This document shows positions 14,629-27,774 of a DNA stretch of 64,000 nt, piece after piece. The notes below the pieces were generated by a model. That model searched no databases. It was not told where the DNA came from and saw nothing but the letters and a program-made list of their open reading frames with translations. The position numbers and the translations under genes were made by a program. Position 1 is the stretch's first letter. Every line of letters starts with the position of its first letter. Origin of the DNA: Paraspadella gotoi (Eukaryota > Animalia > Chaetognatha); NCBI GenBank assembly GCA_051294375.1, contig CM119269.1, positions 16,763,030-16,827,029 of the forward strand, given 5' to 3'.

Positions 14629-16019
14629 GAGAGAAAGAGATTATCGGGGGTAAGACTCAAACTACATAGTCTGAAAATTCAGAATGAAGAAAAATCCTGA
14701 TATGATGAAAGAAATTCAGATTTTGACCCTTGACCTCAATCATGAGCGAAAATACAGCAGCGATTCGATGGAGGAAGATAGAGAGAGAGATGGTCAAAAT
14801 CAGTCACGGGTTGAGAAGAGGAAACGAACGGTACGAAAAAAATTTTATATTTAAGCTCGTTCATTTATTTTTAAAAAAGTTATAAGAATTTAATACTGAA
14901 TCGACAAGAGTATACGTAGGAATGTAGAAATTGCGTCTGGGTTTTGGGAAATAATGTTGGATAAAAAGAAGAAGAAAGTGCCCAACTGTACGAGCAATAA
15001 GAAAAGAACTGTTGACCAACAGATGATCTGACATTACAACCAAAATAACTGATACCGCCTCTTCAATTTCACCTAAAAATACTCAATCGTTGTTACGCTT
15101 TCGATGTTGTTTGTGCCCTATAAATGTTTTCTGCAAAGCGATATTTGGTAATAATGTTTAGAAAAAAATTATTGATTAATTTAAAGAATGCCCGGTGTTC
15201 AAAAATTAACTTTACTAATCTAACAAATTTAATTTGAAAAAAAAAAACTAACTCCCATATATTGGAATCATAGTATCTCTCATTTTTCGTTTAATACAGC
15301 ACAAAATTAACACTTTTAAGATTTTAAAACACAACAGATAAATGTCTATATACAATCTCTAACAACCTATTTCTGGTCAGTTTTTAAAATACTTACACCC
15401 CAACATTTAATATAAAATGATTATTAGATAAAAAGCTTTTATGTTCCCCTCGCATTAAAGCAAGCTTCTTTCAGACGATATCTAAACTCGCTTTGTCACT
15501 GCATTACCGTTGATTTTGAATAAAAATCTAAAAAAAGAAAACGAAGTTAATATCTATAAAAACGTACCAAACGAGATAGGAGTCATAAATAACAAGCTAG
15601 GACCAGAAAGTTGAACTCAAATAACAAAACGGGCAACACGCATTCGACAACCGTTCGCGTAAAATAATTGATATCCGCGTTATGTCGTATTTCTCGTTAG
15701 AAAAAAAAAACTCTAGCGAATCTTGCGACACTTAGCCAATCAACGAAGACGATTTAAGCTTCCCCCTATACCCCCTATTCCCCCAAAACAATACAAAATA
15801 AATAGAACAAGAAAAAAACTATTAAAAAAAAAAACAAAAAAAACTGTCAACGTAGATTCTACTCGTTTCTTTCGTAAAAATGGAGAAGAAGAAGAAAAAA
15901 TCGCGGGAAAACGCTGATCCTTTCGAGTTTTACTTCGATCCAGGTTTTTGTCCATCGTTTTATTTTAATTGTTTTCGAATTTCGAAATGAATTTTTTGAT
16001 TTAAGTTTCCCCGTTTCCC

Positions 16020-16680
16020 ATGGGTATTATAGACATTCTGGTGTGTCTAGAATAAAATTAAGCCTCACTTGAAGCTTCTTTGGCAATGAGATAGAGACGG
16101 CGGCGCATACAGACGTATGTTTGACGTGATTCGACACGGTTTAGAAACACTTTGTCACGGCTGCATTCGAATAGACACATCATGTCACGATATCTACAAC
16201 CCCCCCCCTCCCACAATAGAAGAGGCACGCCGCAAGTTTCCTCCTAGCGTCGTCGAATACTCTGGCCCTTACCCCAAGAAGTTCATTCGTCCTCCCGTGG
16301 GACGCATGGTGAGGCAAGGCCCGTTCGCTCCTCGTATCATACCTTCCCGGCTTCCAGCGCTGATCGTGCGCGGGCGACCGCAAGGATGGATGCCTAAAAG
16401 GGGGCTCTTGAAGCAAGGTGGTCTCTCAAAGCCGCCGGCGGCCGCGAAAAAGATGGATTTTAACGCTTCCAGGTCTCGGAACCAAGTAGGGTAATGTGGG
16501 GGACAATGCCCGGTGACCGGTTACTATCTTTTACACAAGCTCTCTCTTTCTCCCCTTGTTATCTAGCCACTTTATCGTTACAAAATTTCTACATTTGGCA
16601 TATCTCTCTGCTTCTATTGCACTAATGATAATAAATTATGCGATGATGTATCTCTACAGTAATTTAATTACGTAGCTCAA
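16020..16680 (+). mobile_element. Possible old Penelope-like 3' fragment (end of GIY-YIG domain plus Pro/Arg-rich tail)
   Basis: IKPHL..RDGGAYRRMFDVI, in frame with ORF 16117-16494, parallels IKALEPSLNRDGGRFDLPPSYDSLI at 49.45 kb. It is followed by a similar basic Pro-rich extension and a pyrimidine-rich 3' region. Confidence 0.35.
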
Positions 16681-18959
16681 GAGAACCGGAACGGAAACCC
16701 TTTTTTTTTTATCTCATTAATTTTGAATGTGAATTTGGATTCAGAGGAACTCTTACGAATTCTCCGGATGAAACACCGGAAGTTAAGAGATCGAATTCAT
16801 CCGGTGGGACGGAAATGGAAGAAGGGAACAACCGAAACCGGTCCTCATATGGGAAAGAGAAACAAAAGAAGAGTTGGTGAGAAAGGAAAATAAATAACCG
16901 TGAATTATGATCGATTGGCGAATTTTATAATCTTTCAATCCCTTGATCCTATGCAGGGCAGAAGATTGTTTGATGATCGAAACGTTTTAAAAATGTAAAC
17001 CTTTTTTTTGTTTTACCATATGTCGCAGCAAAGAAACGAACCATGATTATCAGAAGAAATTAACTTTTTCAAATACGGAAATCAAATTAAGCTTCGAAGC
17101 TCCGCAAAAGGATATTGGTAGTCGTATTCGATATAAAAGCATTGATAATGTGTTTTTAACTTTTTTGTGTCCAGATAAAACTGGGTTTTTTTTTCTTGCA
17201 TATTTATTTTTCAGCTTTAAGTAAGAGTCTACGTCGCTCTTAGAAGTTAAGAAATATTTTTTCAATGGAGATTTTCGTTCAAATCTGACTACCAAACTCT
17301 CGATTCCGATAGCATTGCATTTGAAGAGCTCGCATTTTTTTTTCTAGTCAAATAACTAACATTTTGTTAGCACACGAGCCAGGACAAATACGAAAAAAAT
17401 TTTCATCTCTGATTTTGTATAGAAATGAAAGGGATTTTTTCCTTTCAAAATAATATAAATTCGAATTCAGGAATCCTGTGGCTGTCTGAAGGGCTCTCAA
17501 AATTTTTCTTTAAATTTCGTTAAGAGGAAAGGTCATTCAGCATAACAATACGTAATCATTGATGTGTTAGAGCTAATATATCGAGAAATACATTATAGTC
17601 ATCAGTAATCACAAAGAAATAAGTTCTTATTTATTTGTGTTCATTCTGTTTTCAATAATTTTTTTTAAATGGGTAAATAACAAAATTGTTAAGTTAAATG
17701 GGTAAGCACATTTTTTAAAGATTTGTTTTTCAATCTGGTTGTTAAAAAATTCTAGGTAAGAAGTTTTAATTAACAAAGTTTGGAAATGTTTTTGTAGAAA
17801 TGATTTTTAAATAACATTCATTTTGCCTCTCAATCAGAGTTGATGATTGTCCTATTCTGGTTACTAAAAAAATTCCCCATAGCAACGCGTCATGCTGCTC
17901 TGTTTCTACTTACTTAGCAACAACTATCTTAATGGTTATAAGAAATAATTAGCTATAAAAATTGGTCCTAGTGCACAAAGATTGATGCTATAGCACATCA
18001 ATCCTAGTCCCTGATTAGTTAATTTTAAATTTGATAGCTACCTCTAGTTTCTGATTGGTTCTTTACTAATATAAAAAGGGACATTTTTTGTAGTATTCTA
18101 GGGCATTCCAAGGACCATAAGAGGTAAAAACACTGTTTGATTATTTTGTGATTTTTATTTAAATAAAGTAATAATTTTCTATTCCTTTTAGCTTTAAGCT
18201 GACCATTTTCTACCAAAGTTTTTATATCCAACTGCCTCACTGTCAATAAAGGTACTCAAATAAAAAGATGTCTGCTTAATCCAAGGTCTTGATTATTTAA
18301 TCTATGAAAATTCAAGGAATGCTCTAACTAACCAAACACTCTTAAAGCTCTTATTGAGCTAAACACTATTTCAGAGCCCGGTATAAAGAAAAATCAAACA
18401 ATGATTCATTAACTAAGTTTTCTGATTTTTTAAATTAGATGTCTTGCGTCCCAAATCATATCTCAAAAGAGAGAAAAAAGGATCTTCAGTGGCGCCGCTT
18501 GATGGAAGTTGGACATGTCGATCTGGAGAATGTCCGTGCAAATGGGTCGACGATGGCCTCGTGAGTAATGGGCATCCAGGAATTCCTGATGAGTGGAAGG
18601 ATCCCTTTGAATTCGATCCAGAAGGACTGTCTCCTTGTGAGATATTTGAAAAACGTCACCAGATGATTCCGTGCTTCAGCTTGTCAAAAAACTTATCAAA
18701 AGTGATAAGATTTACCAGTTGCCACCAAAAAACCAGATTGAATATATTTATCGATCTCGTTCCTTGACGGAGCTAGTCCACGACGCTTTCCAAGGCAACA
18801 AAATTTGCGCGCTACCTTGTATTTGATCCGCCGTCTGAAGTAGATTTGTCTTGCGCCAAATTTTTGGGTCGTAAGTCTTTTCCTAATCAGTTTTTATCAA
18901 GTGATTGTAAATCAGTATTTGCTGTTCTTCCTTTCAGTGGAAATATTTACAGGGATAAA

Positions 18960-21900
18960 ATAATGATGGTGCTCACTACCAAGAAACGTTTGTACTGTGG
19001 ATATCCAAAATAAATAACTTTTACGTCAATTCTATTGAACTCACGCTGTTATCCAGGTACTAAAAAATGGCAACCAGCAACCCGCGACGTTCGAACGGCT
19101 TCAAGAGACGCCAAAGCCTGTACAGTGAAACTAAAGGAAGCAACTTCAAGATTACGAAGATATATCTCTTCCACCATTACCGGGTAATGAAGCACAAAAC
19201 TTATTTGAATCTGCCATTTCAACTGCTTAATCAACTCCGACTCACTGCGCAAGATCCAGTCTGGAATGCAGGCAAACAAAACTACAGTTAAGTGATATTG
19301 CTAACAACATTAGAAAATGAAGCTTTAACATTTCGTACTGAATTACAAAAACGAGTACCTGAAGTTCAAATTCATTTCCCACTCCTGTACCCGAAAGGAA
19401 GTTTAATTTTTCAGCTCTCACTGGAGAGACGAACAAAGACAATGATTCAAAACTTGGGAGACGCCGATAAAATCAAGCATCACTAGCTCAAGACAGGATG
19501 AGAAACGGAGAGCAAGGTATGAATCTCATTATACTAAGTGTAAACAAGAACTTAAATTAAAAAAATTTACATGAGCAAAAATTAAGGAAAATAGAAGAAA
19601 TGAATTAAAAATTTCAACAAGAAGAGGCTGATGCTTTAATGGAAGCAGAAATTGAGAAAATTGATAGAGAATTGGCTGAGAAACTCGCGGATTCCGACGA
19701 TGAAGACAGAGTTTCAATAATAAATGAAAATGCCTGGTACGTCAAATCAACAAAAGGTATTATCTTGGGCCAATCAATTGGAAAATGTTCCAGATAATAT
19801 TAATTTAAATAATATAGACAATAAAAGATTAAATCCTGAATCAGAATCCTTTCAACCAAGTCAAGGTCGACCTCAAACTCCAAAAGAAACTAACCAGCCA
19901 AATACAGCAAATGCTCATCAGCCCCCGCCTGGTGCAAACCAATCAATACCAATCCAGTCTGGGTCAACAGATGGATATCTCTGCGCTTTATAGGATCTCA
20001 GACACTTGCCAGGATTCGGCCTTAATGAAAAGAGATAAGTTTGAAGGAAACCCATTTACTTTAGAAGGATTTCTTTATCAATTTGCTAATGATGTCGAAA
20101 GTATTCCAGGTGTTTCTGACAGGATTAAGTATAGCGACTCCTCCACTGGACAAAAGATGAAGCATTCAATGTCTATCCGCGAATTCAAGTACGTCAATGA
20201 TGGTTTCTGAAGCTTCTGTCTGGCAAAAAACGTCTACGTCATTACTGGGGATATCGGCAGCACACAGCTTTCTGAACGTTTGGCCGAGATTCTGAAAAAG
20301 GTTAAAATCGATATTGATGATGCCAAAAAAGACGAGAGTAACTCATTTTATCGACTTACGTGAAGCGAACGAATAGCTGAGTTGAGCCACGACGCTGGCG
20401 ATTTTCGTTCTATGGAAGCAGTTAAACGAGTTATAGAAGAGCGAATCCCACACATTAGAAATAAATGATTGACTATCATTTTAAATATTCAATTGAACGT
20501 GGATGCGTTGGTTTAAAAATTTTATAGACTTTTTAGGATCGTCATGTGAAAAAGTTGGATTCTCCATTTTCAAAAGTCAAGACCCCTCCAAGAAAGAGAG
20601 GAAACGAAGTCGGCAAAGGTGTCGGCCACGGGCGTGTCAGAAAATTCGATTCCAAAGCCTCCTTCGTCCACTTCGTCAGATAAGTCTGGTTCAACCAAAT
20701 CAGGTGGTAAATATTTAAGAAATGCAAAATGTGCAATGAAAATCATCACATAAGTAAATGTAAAAAATTATAGAGATTACTTATGAAAAAGAAATCGAAT
20801 TTTATTAAGCTAATAAATTATGCTTTAGATGTTTTGGAATGGGTCATACCTCACAAAACTGTCGTTCAAATATTATGTGTGAGAAGTGTTAAGAATAAAC
20901 GTCACCCAACTCTGTTTATAGATTTTCCACTAAAGCCATCTAATATAACCACTGCAACGACGACCACTCTCCCATCAGTTACGACAAGCCTTTCCTCCAC
21001 GCCAGTCACGATCCAAAGTGCAACGGCAAAACTCAATAAATTATATTTTCGGCCAATTGTAGCGGTGAGAGAGTCTATGAAAAAGAACAGCAAAATTATT
21101 TACGCGCTACTTTGATACTGGTAGCAACAGGACTTGTTTGTTCTAAAAAGGTGGTAGATGATTTAAAAATCCCCAATTAATAATGGAACTATGCAAGTTT
21201 CCACACTAGATTCAGTCAAGATTTGAAGACAGATCGATGACAAGCTTCACAATCACCTCTCTTGGAAGATGGTTACGAAGAAAAAGCTCACGATGTCATC
21301 GTCGCCAAGTCCTCTCCAATGGTAACGTTATGTTACCAACTCAAGACGGTTGTGGAACCCTTTGAACATCCTGAAGGCATCTCAAATACCGGAAGTTCGA
21401 AATACTGATGATATAGATTAATTATTGACTGACCAACATCTTTCTTTTATGCCATTTAACGACGAAATTAGACGCCGTGTAAAGGATCCCAATGCGCCTT
21501 CAATACTAATGGGGTGGGCATTGCGGCTCGTCCATCGGGACAAGGAGCCAATCAAGGAGCACTTGAGTGTGACTGCCAATCGCCAGGTAGAGATACATGC
21601 TCACCTTCTCCAGGCAAGAAATGCATTTTTTCGCCATGCATTTCCAAGATGACCCATTTGAAAAAGGATGGATTATCTAGGAGTGATAAAAAAGTATTAA
21701 AATCTCTTAATGAATCAACCAAATTTATAAACGGAAAGTATTCAGGTCGAGTTGCCATGGAGACAAGATCGAGAAACCGCGGCCAAAAAGTTCTAATCCG
21801 CCTCCAGCTCAGAAATGGCCGCCGCTCGCTTGCGTCGTCTCCGTCCAACTACAGAAGGATCCTGAATGAGAAAAACAGTCTTTGCTCAGGTATAAAAAAT

Positions 21901-22990
21901 GGATTCAAGACGGAGCTGCTACGATTGTAGATGATCCAGAAAAAGATTAGAAGGTATCCTATTTGGACCTACCCGTTTATATTTGTAACTAAACCAGAAA
22001 AAACCAGGAAAGGTAAGGCTTTGCCACGATGCAAAAGCTGAGTCAAATGGCATATCACTTAACTCTAAACTTCTCCAAGGTCCCGATCTAGCAACAACTT
22101 GCAGTTGTCTTTTACGTTTTAGACAAGATCAATTGTCCGTCATGGCTGACATCAAGGAATCTCCAATCAATGTCGGCATCGATCCACAGATCGGAAGCCA
22201 GCGTTTCTGGTTCTGGAAGGCACGAAAACGATCGACGAATTGCCATGTTAAGAATGAACATAACCTTTTTGGGACGGCTCCCTCAGTGCGATAGCGAATC
22301 ACGCATTACAGCATCATGCTAAAATACATAAACAATTATAGTGACCCAGAAACAATAAAAACTCTATTAAGAAAACTATTATGTTGATGACATGCAAAAA
22401 AGTTCAAATTCTCTGTCCCATAGCAAAAAGATTATCAGACCAAATGGATGACTTATTGTCTAAAGGTGGTTTTCAACTGTCAAAGTGGAACTAATAACCG
22501 AGAGCTCGCCTCTCACAGTCGGATCACGAGCTGAAATCTCTCAGGAAATGAAAAATTTGCTGATAATGGTGTATTCTTCATCAGATAGGAACACTAGGTC
22601 TCGGTTATGATTTTGGGTCAGATAATTTTTAAATTTTCTGTCGAAATTTAAAGAGGGAAAGAAACAAAGACCAGAAGCACAGTATATATCACTAACTTCT
22701 TCAATTTTTTTGATCCATAGGATTCGCTGCTCCTTTCATTTTTATTGCTAAAAGATTATTGCAGAGATATTGCGTCTCCAGTCTTGATTGGGATCAAACC
22801 ATACCTGACAATCAGCTCCAGCCTTTCCTCAGATTGGAAGTCACTCCTCCATGCAATTGAAGACATCCTAATCCCTCGCTGGACAAGCTCAATCTAAGTT
22901 GACAGAAGTAAGGTCGATTCAACTTCACATTTTCTCCGATGCATCTCAACAAGGTTACGCGCTCAAATTGCCGTTATTTAAGGAATTGAC
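18960..22990 (+). mobile_element. BEL/Pao LTR retrotransposon, frameshifted gag-pol, truncated at an assembly gap
   Basis: Gag-like KFEGNPFTLEGFLYQF (~20040). CCHC knuckles CKMCNENHHISKC (20723) and CFRCFGMGHTSQNC (20821). Protease YALL/DTGS (~21101-21125). RT GKVRLCHDAKAESNGISLNSKLLQGPDL (~22008-22090) and YYVDD (22377-22391). RNase H LHIFSDAS (~22923). Possible PBS TGGTGCTC at 18967. Many stops and frameshifts. Confidence 0.93.
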
Positions 22991-23110
22991 GAAGGTTATG
23001 AAATCTCTCTNNNNNNNNNNNNNNNNNNNNNNNNNNNNNNNNNNNNNNNNNNNNNNNNNNNNNNNNNNNNNNNNNNNNNNNNNNNNNNNNNNNNNNNNNN
23101 NNNNNNNNNN
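22991..23110. other. Assembly gap (120 N)
   Basis: N run. Confidence 1.
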
Positions 23111-23948
23111 TCACGATAAGGTTTCGTGTGCTGTTGGAAACGGTCTGTGAGGGACTTGCCTGTCTCGCCCACGTATGCTGCTGTGCAGAGTTGGTTGCCC
23201 GCCCCTGCACAGGCCGCCCCAGTAGACGGCTCCTGATATTTTCGGTCTGGGGATTTTATCTTTAGGTTTCACCAATTGCTCACGTAGGGAGCCGCGGGCC
23301 GTCACTGAGGTGGAGATCCCCTGCTTTGCTAGCACCCGCACCAATGACTCAGTGATCCCCTGGTGGTAGGGGAGGACAAGTGGCTCATTTTGAGCTCTAT
23401 CTTAATTCTTAATTTTTCACTTTAACATTCACTTATCTATCCCTCACAAAATGTATCATTTCACATTTAAAAACTTTCTTTCCTTTCATTACTATCTATT
23501 TATTACTAGAATAATTGTTAAATTCACCATTAGTTTAAATTTATTCTTTGTTGTACATTACATAATGTATTATTTGTCTCTCCCTGTTTCTTTCTCTCTC
23601 TCTCTCCTCTCTCCTTCTGTCTCTCTCTCTCTCTCTTTCACCAATTGACCATTTCACTTCTTTCACAACTGATCTGTCCTCAACTCAAACTGTACTCATT
23701 CTTTAACAACTATCTCTGTGTTGAAAACTTTTGGCCCTCTCTCTCTCTCTCTCTCTTTCTCTCACTCTCTCTCTCTCTCTCTCTCCCTTCTTTTACACAA
23801 ATTTGTTAATGCATCATTACTGCTGATGAAGACTCGAAATGAAGAGTCGAAACATGTCCGTATACTAATAAAAAATCGTTGACGAAAACATTTCCAAACT
23901 TTGTTAATTCTCTATACTCAACGAAGCCGAAAGGATTAACACAAAGGT
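23111..23948. mobile_element. Penelope-like element: minus-strand RT-thumb/linker and GIY-YIG fragment (23111-23386) joined to an oppositely oriented pLTR with hammerhead and tail (23383-23948)
   Basis: Minus strand LVLPYHQGITESLVRVLAKQGIST...LVKPKDKIPRPKISGAVY, then after a frameshift ACAGAGNQLCTAAYVGETGKSLTDRFQQH. The pLTR is clearly homologous to 49955-50465. Confidence 0.92.
23818..23862 (+). ncRNA. Minimal type-I hammerhead ribozyme motif (PLE-type)
   Basis: CTGATGA (23823-29), extra A, stem II GACTC/GAGTC, GAAA, palindromic CATG, and GTC cleavage triplet (C23858). Confidence 0.85.
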
Positions 23949-24168
23949 AAGAAGTTAAAACACGGTATGGGATAGTTTAGAAGGGGAGAATTAAACAATT
24001 AATCTCGTTATTCTGTTGGTTTTCCAGTCATGAACAAAATCTTCAGTTAAATAGATGGTAAAGAAATTTGAGCTACAATGAATCTACACTGAATTTGAAG
24101 AGTTGCAGCCTAAACGACTGCAATAATATTGAATTAAAAATTTGATTAGCAATCTTAAAAACATTTGT

Positions 24169-24295
24169 AAAAATGTAATAGAGAGACATTTTGATAAACG
24201 CGTTCCAGTTAGAAAGAATTCAGGGTTAAAGTTAAAAACGTTTCATTTTCAAGGATACAAGTTGAAATTTAAAAATGTCTCTCTATTACATTTTT
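24169..24295. repeat. 24-bp perfect inverted repeat with 79-bp spacer (MITE-like/foldback)
   Basis: AAAAATGTAATAGAGAGACATTTT at 24169-24192 and its reverse complement at 24272-24295. Confidence 0.8.
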
Positions 24296-25065
24296 CTAAT
24301 TCAGTAATAAAGAATTCATAAAAAATATCAGATGGATTGGCCTTTTCGTTTGACCTGCAACTCTTCAGATAGGTTTCTTTTATTTTATATTATAATTAAA
24401 ACCGATATAAAATGGGGTAGAATGAATCAAATGCTTAAAGTGAATACATTTTCGGAATCGCCAGGAGCTCAGCTTTCTGAATTTGTACTCCATTTTAGCC
24501 TAATTTTTGCCTATTTTGAAGTTGAATTGAATGACCCTTTTTCTTAACGTGCGCAATTTAAGATTTAGGAGTGGCCTATTTTTTTTTTTTTTTTTTGCAC
24601 AGGAGTTTAAGATAGAATCTAGATTCAAAATTTTTAAGATAAACCTGATTTGCTTCCAAAGGCAAATTGTCGGAAGAATCAAATAACTCCGCTGAAACAC
24701 AACGAAAGAAAAAAGAGCTTCACACATCCATTTCACATCTCAACGTCAGGTTTAGATTTAGATTTAGACAAATGTAAAATGGAAAAATAAAGAATTTGAA
24801 TGATTGTCACGAATTTCTTTAAAAACCGTTTGTAAATAAGCAATCGCTCAACATCTGATCAGGCTGTAGCAACTTGGCAAAGGCAGGTTAAGCTCGGTTG
24901 ATTCATTTTAATCCACTATACAAATATAAATACAGAAAAAAGGGAATTTAACGTTGATTGTTTATATTGTAATTGGTCAATAAAAGTTCTAATAAAATAA
25001 AAGCCATTGTCCCTGTTTTGATATTAAAAAAAAATAGTTCTACTTTCTTTTTTTTTCATTTACAG

Positions 25066-26535
25066 CCTGGGGAACTTGCCTCCAATGATTGAGAACAGAG
25101 ATTTAGAAGGAAAAAAAATACACGAGGTAACTGATTAGCAGGAGAAATAAGGAGAGTCGTAAAGATTAATATATCATGACCACCTTGTCCAGCAAATTGT
25201 GCTGGAGTCCAAAGAGGAAAAGAGTCCAGCCCGCTGTTCCAGCAGCGGCAGCGAAATTAAGTTTTGCAGCACTTGTCGCGAATCTCTAATCCCATTGAGT
25301 GGCACTACTTCGGAAAACAAGTTAGGTTTCGGTGACATTGGTGACATGTCATGACATGTGGAGAAAATGAAGGCTTGTTTGGCTAATCTTCATCAAAAGT
25401 TATCAGAAAAACTCAGTTGAATATAAAATTTTCAAGTAACGATTACTTCTTTTACCTAATAGTGAAAAAAGTCAGCTTAGAAAGTTGTTTTGTAAATTGT
25501 ATTTTAAATTTTTTTTTAAAGTTTCCGGTTTTCCTCTGTGATGATACTTATGTATAAACCAATAGTTAAAAGGGTTAATTTAAGTTAAGTTTTGATATCA
25601 TTCTGCTCATCAGTTGAAAAAAAAATATATTCCAATACTGTGAAATGTTCACGGTTCAAATCATATGCAACCAATAAACAAGCTTTCTCGCCTATTAACT
25701 TTTGATAGGATGTTCTTGGTTAAACCCTTCGTCGTCTATAAATTTATAAAGAAACTTGATTCAAAATTTTCGACCATTTTTTTTTCACTAGACTCCACAC
25801 CAAAGATTTGCCCGACAGCAACCATGAGATTATTTCGATCATCAGATCCACGAGCCTTTCCAATCCCAATTCGGCTACAGATTTAGAATCTGCTTCCCGT
25901 ATGAACGATAAAGATGGTGATTAGAATTTAAAATGGGTATGAAGAGACTGTGATAATTGTTATGAATTAATGACAGAACTGTTCAATATAAGCAGTCCCT
26001 GAGCTTCGGATCAGGCTGTAACACCATGTTACAGGCGGCTTAAGCGCCCCGTCCCTCTTAACTGCTAGGCGACCACCGGGCTAGAACCCCGGACCTTTGG
26101 ATCGGGAGGCGAATGACTTTCCTCCGCCACCAATGGCCGCTGATGAACAGTGGATTTTAGTCCACCATAGATATTTATTTAAAAAAACATCTATTTATTT
26201 TATTTATTTTTTTAAATCAAGATTCTTGCTTCAAATTCTCAGAGAAAGAAAAGACAAAGTTGAAAATTTCGTCCGAAGAATCCTCGGAATCATCGAGGAA
26301 CAAAAAGAAACTTCATTCCTCGACGGTCGGACTCAACCTCAGGTTTATTAATTTTATATTATATACAAATTATGCATACGTGACTAAAATAATTAAAAAG
26401 ATAAAAATAAAAATATAAAAGAGGGTCGCAGTAAAAATGACAAGAAATAAATAAATAAATAATGATTTTTTTTTTTCAGTCTCTTTGATACAAAGCCGAA
26501 CAAAATGAACAAGAATTACCAGGTTTCCTAAGAGA

Positions 26536-26599
<64 letters not shown>

Positions 26600-27743
26600 C
26601 TTATTTCTTGATATTTTCATTATTTTGGATTTAAATCTGGCAGAGCGCTAGTGATTGCACGTCTACTGCCGACTCAAAAAACTCGATCAGTTCCAGCAGC
26701 GGCACCCAAGTCAGGGACTGCAGCACTTGCCACGGATCTCTCACCCGACAGGAAAATCAGAACGCTCCTTTTGCAGAGTGAGTCGGCAGAGAGTTCAGAG
26801 GCGCTTAGTCACTCGAATCTTTTTCACTAACACAGAGACAGAGATAAAACTGATGCTTTATAGTTTTCTCTCTATCATTGTAAAAAATGTTTATTATTAT
26901 TTTCTATACCTACGATAGTCGTGAGTTTGATGCGTCGGCCGTCGGAAGAACTTGGCTTGAATCTCTAAATATCATAGCTCCGTAAATTTCGAATAAATGA
27001 CGAATAAATCCTAGAAAAGTATAATTTTGTAGAGATAAACAAAAAGGCTTAATCCATGTCGAACAACATTATATTCATGTTGAAAATTGATTAATGTTGA
27101 AATTGTCGATACCGACCAGACGCGAGTTAATTTCTTTTAATTAGGTTTAGCGGGAGTGAGTCGGGGACACCGTCCAACTTTTCCACCGAATCGTCCAGGT
27201 TGAAAAAAAAACTTCACTCTTCCATCGTGGGACTCAATATCAGGTCGCCCCTCCGATCCTGCAACCTTGAGACATCGCCGTTGAGAGGGACGGGGCGCTT
27301 AACCCGCCTGTAACACGGTGTTACAGCCTGATCCGAAGCTAAGGGACTGCTTATATTGAACGGTTCTGTCACTAACTGATAACAATTATTACTGTCTCTT
27401 CAATAATGACATTTCTTAATCATCTGTACAAATTACAATATTGTAATGAATAAATTTAATTTCATAATGGAGAAGGCGGTCCGAGTAAAAAAAAACAAAC
27501 CATTTTTTGCCAGATATTTATACTACTGATGATGACTTAGAAAAATAAGTCGAAATATCTGGCAAAAAAAAAGTTTTTATTGTACTCGCACTGCCTTCTC
27601 TATTATAAAATTAAATTTATTCATAATAATAATAATTTCGGTACATGTGATGACGTTAAAAGAATTACAATATTGTAATTTTCATATGGGAAAGTAAGAA
27701 AGGCTGGGTTTATTACATTTCATAAAATTATATAATTATATAT

Positions 27744-27774
<31 letters not shown>

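Noticed and set aside
18444-18767. Independent 107-aa gene
   Set aside because: It lies just 5' of the BEL gag with no splice or motif support, so it is more likely LTR/leader sequence.
22899-23386. BEL-Penelope chimeric element
   Set aside because: The two are separated by a 120-N scaffold gap, so adjacency or nesting cannot be established.
26069-26140. Functional tRNA-Gly(CCC) gene
   Set aside because: The anticodon stem is mispaired, the T-loop is altered, and it is fused to a repeated SINE body.
26140-26170. Additional hammerhead at CTGATGA (also 21405)
   Set aside because: No GAAA after a closing stem II and no NUH or stem I.
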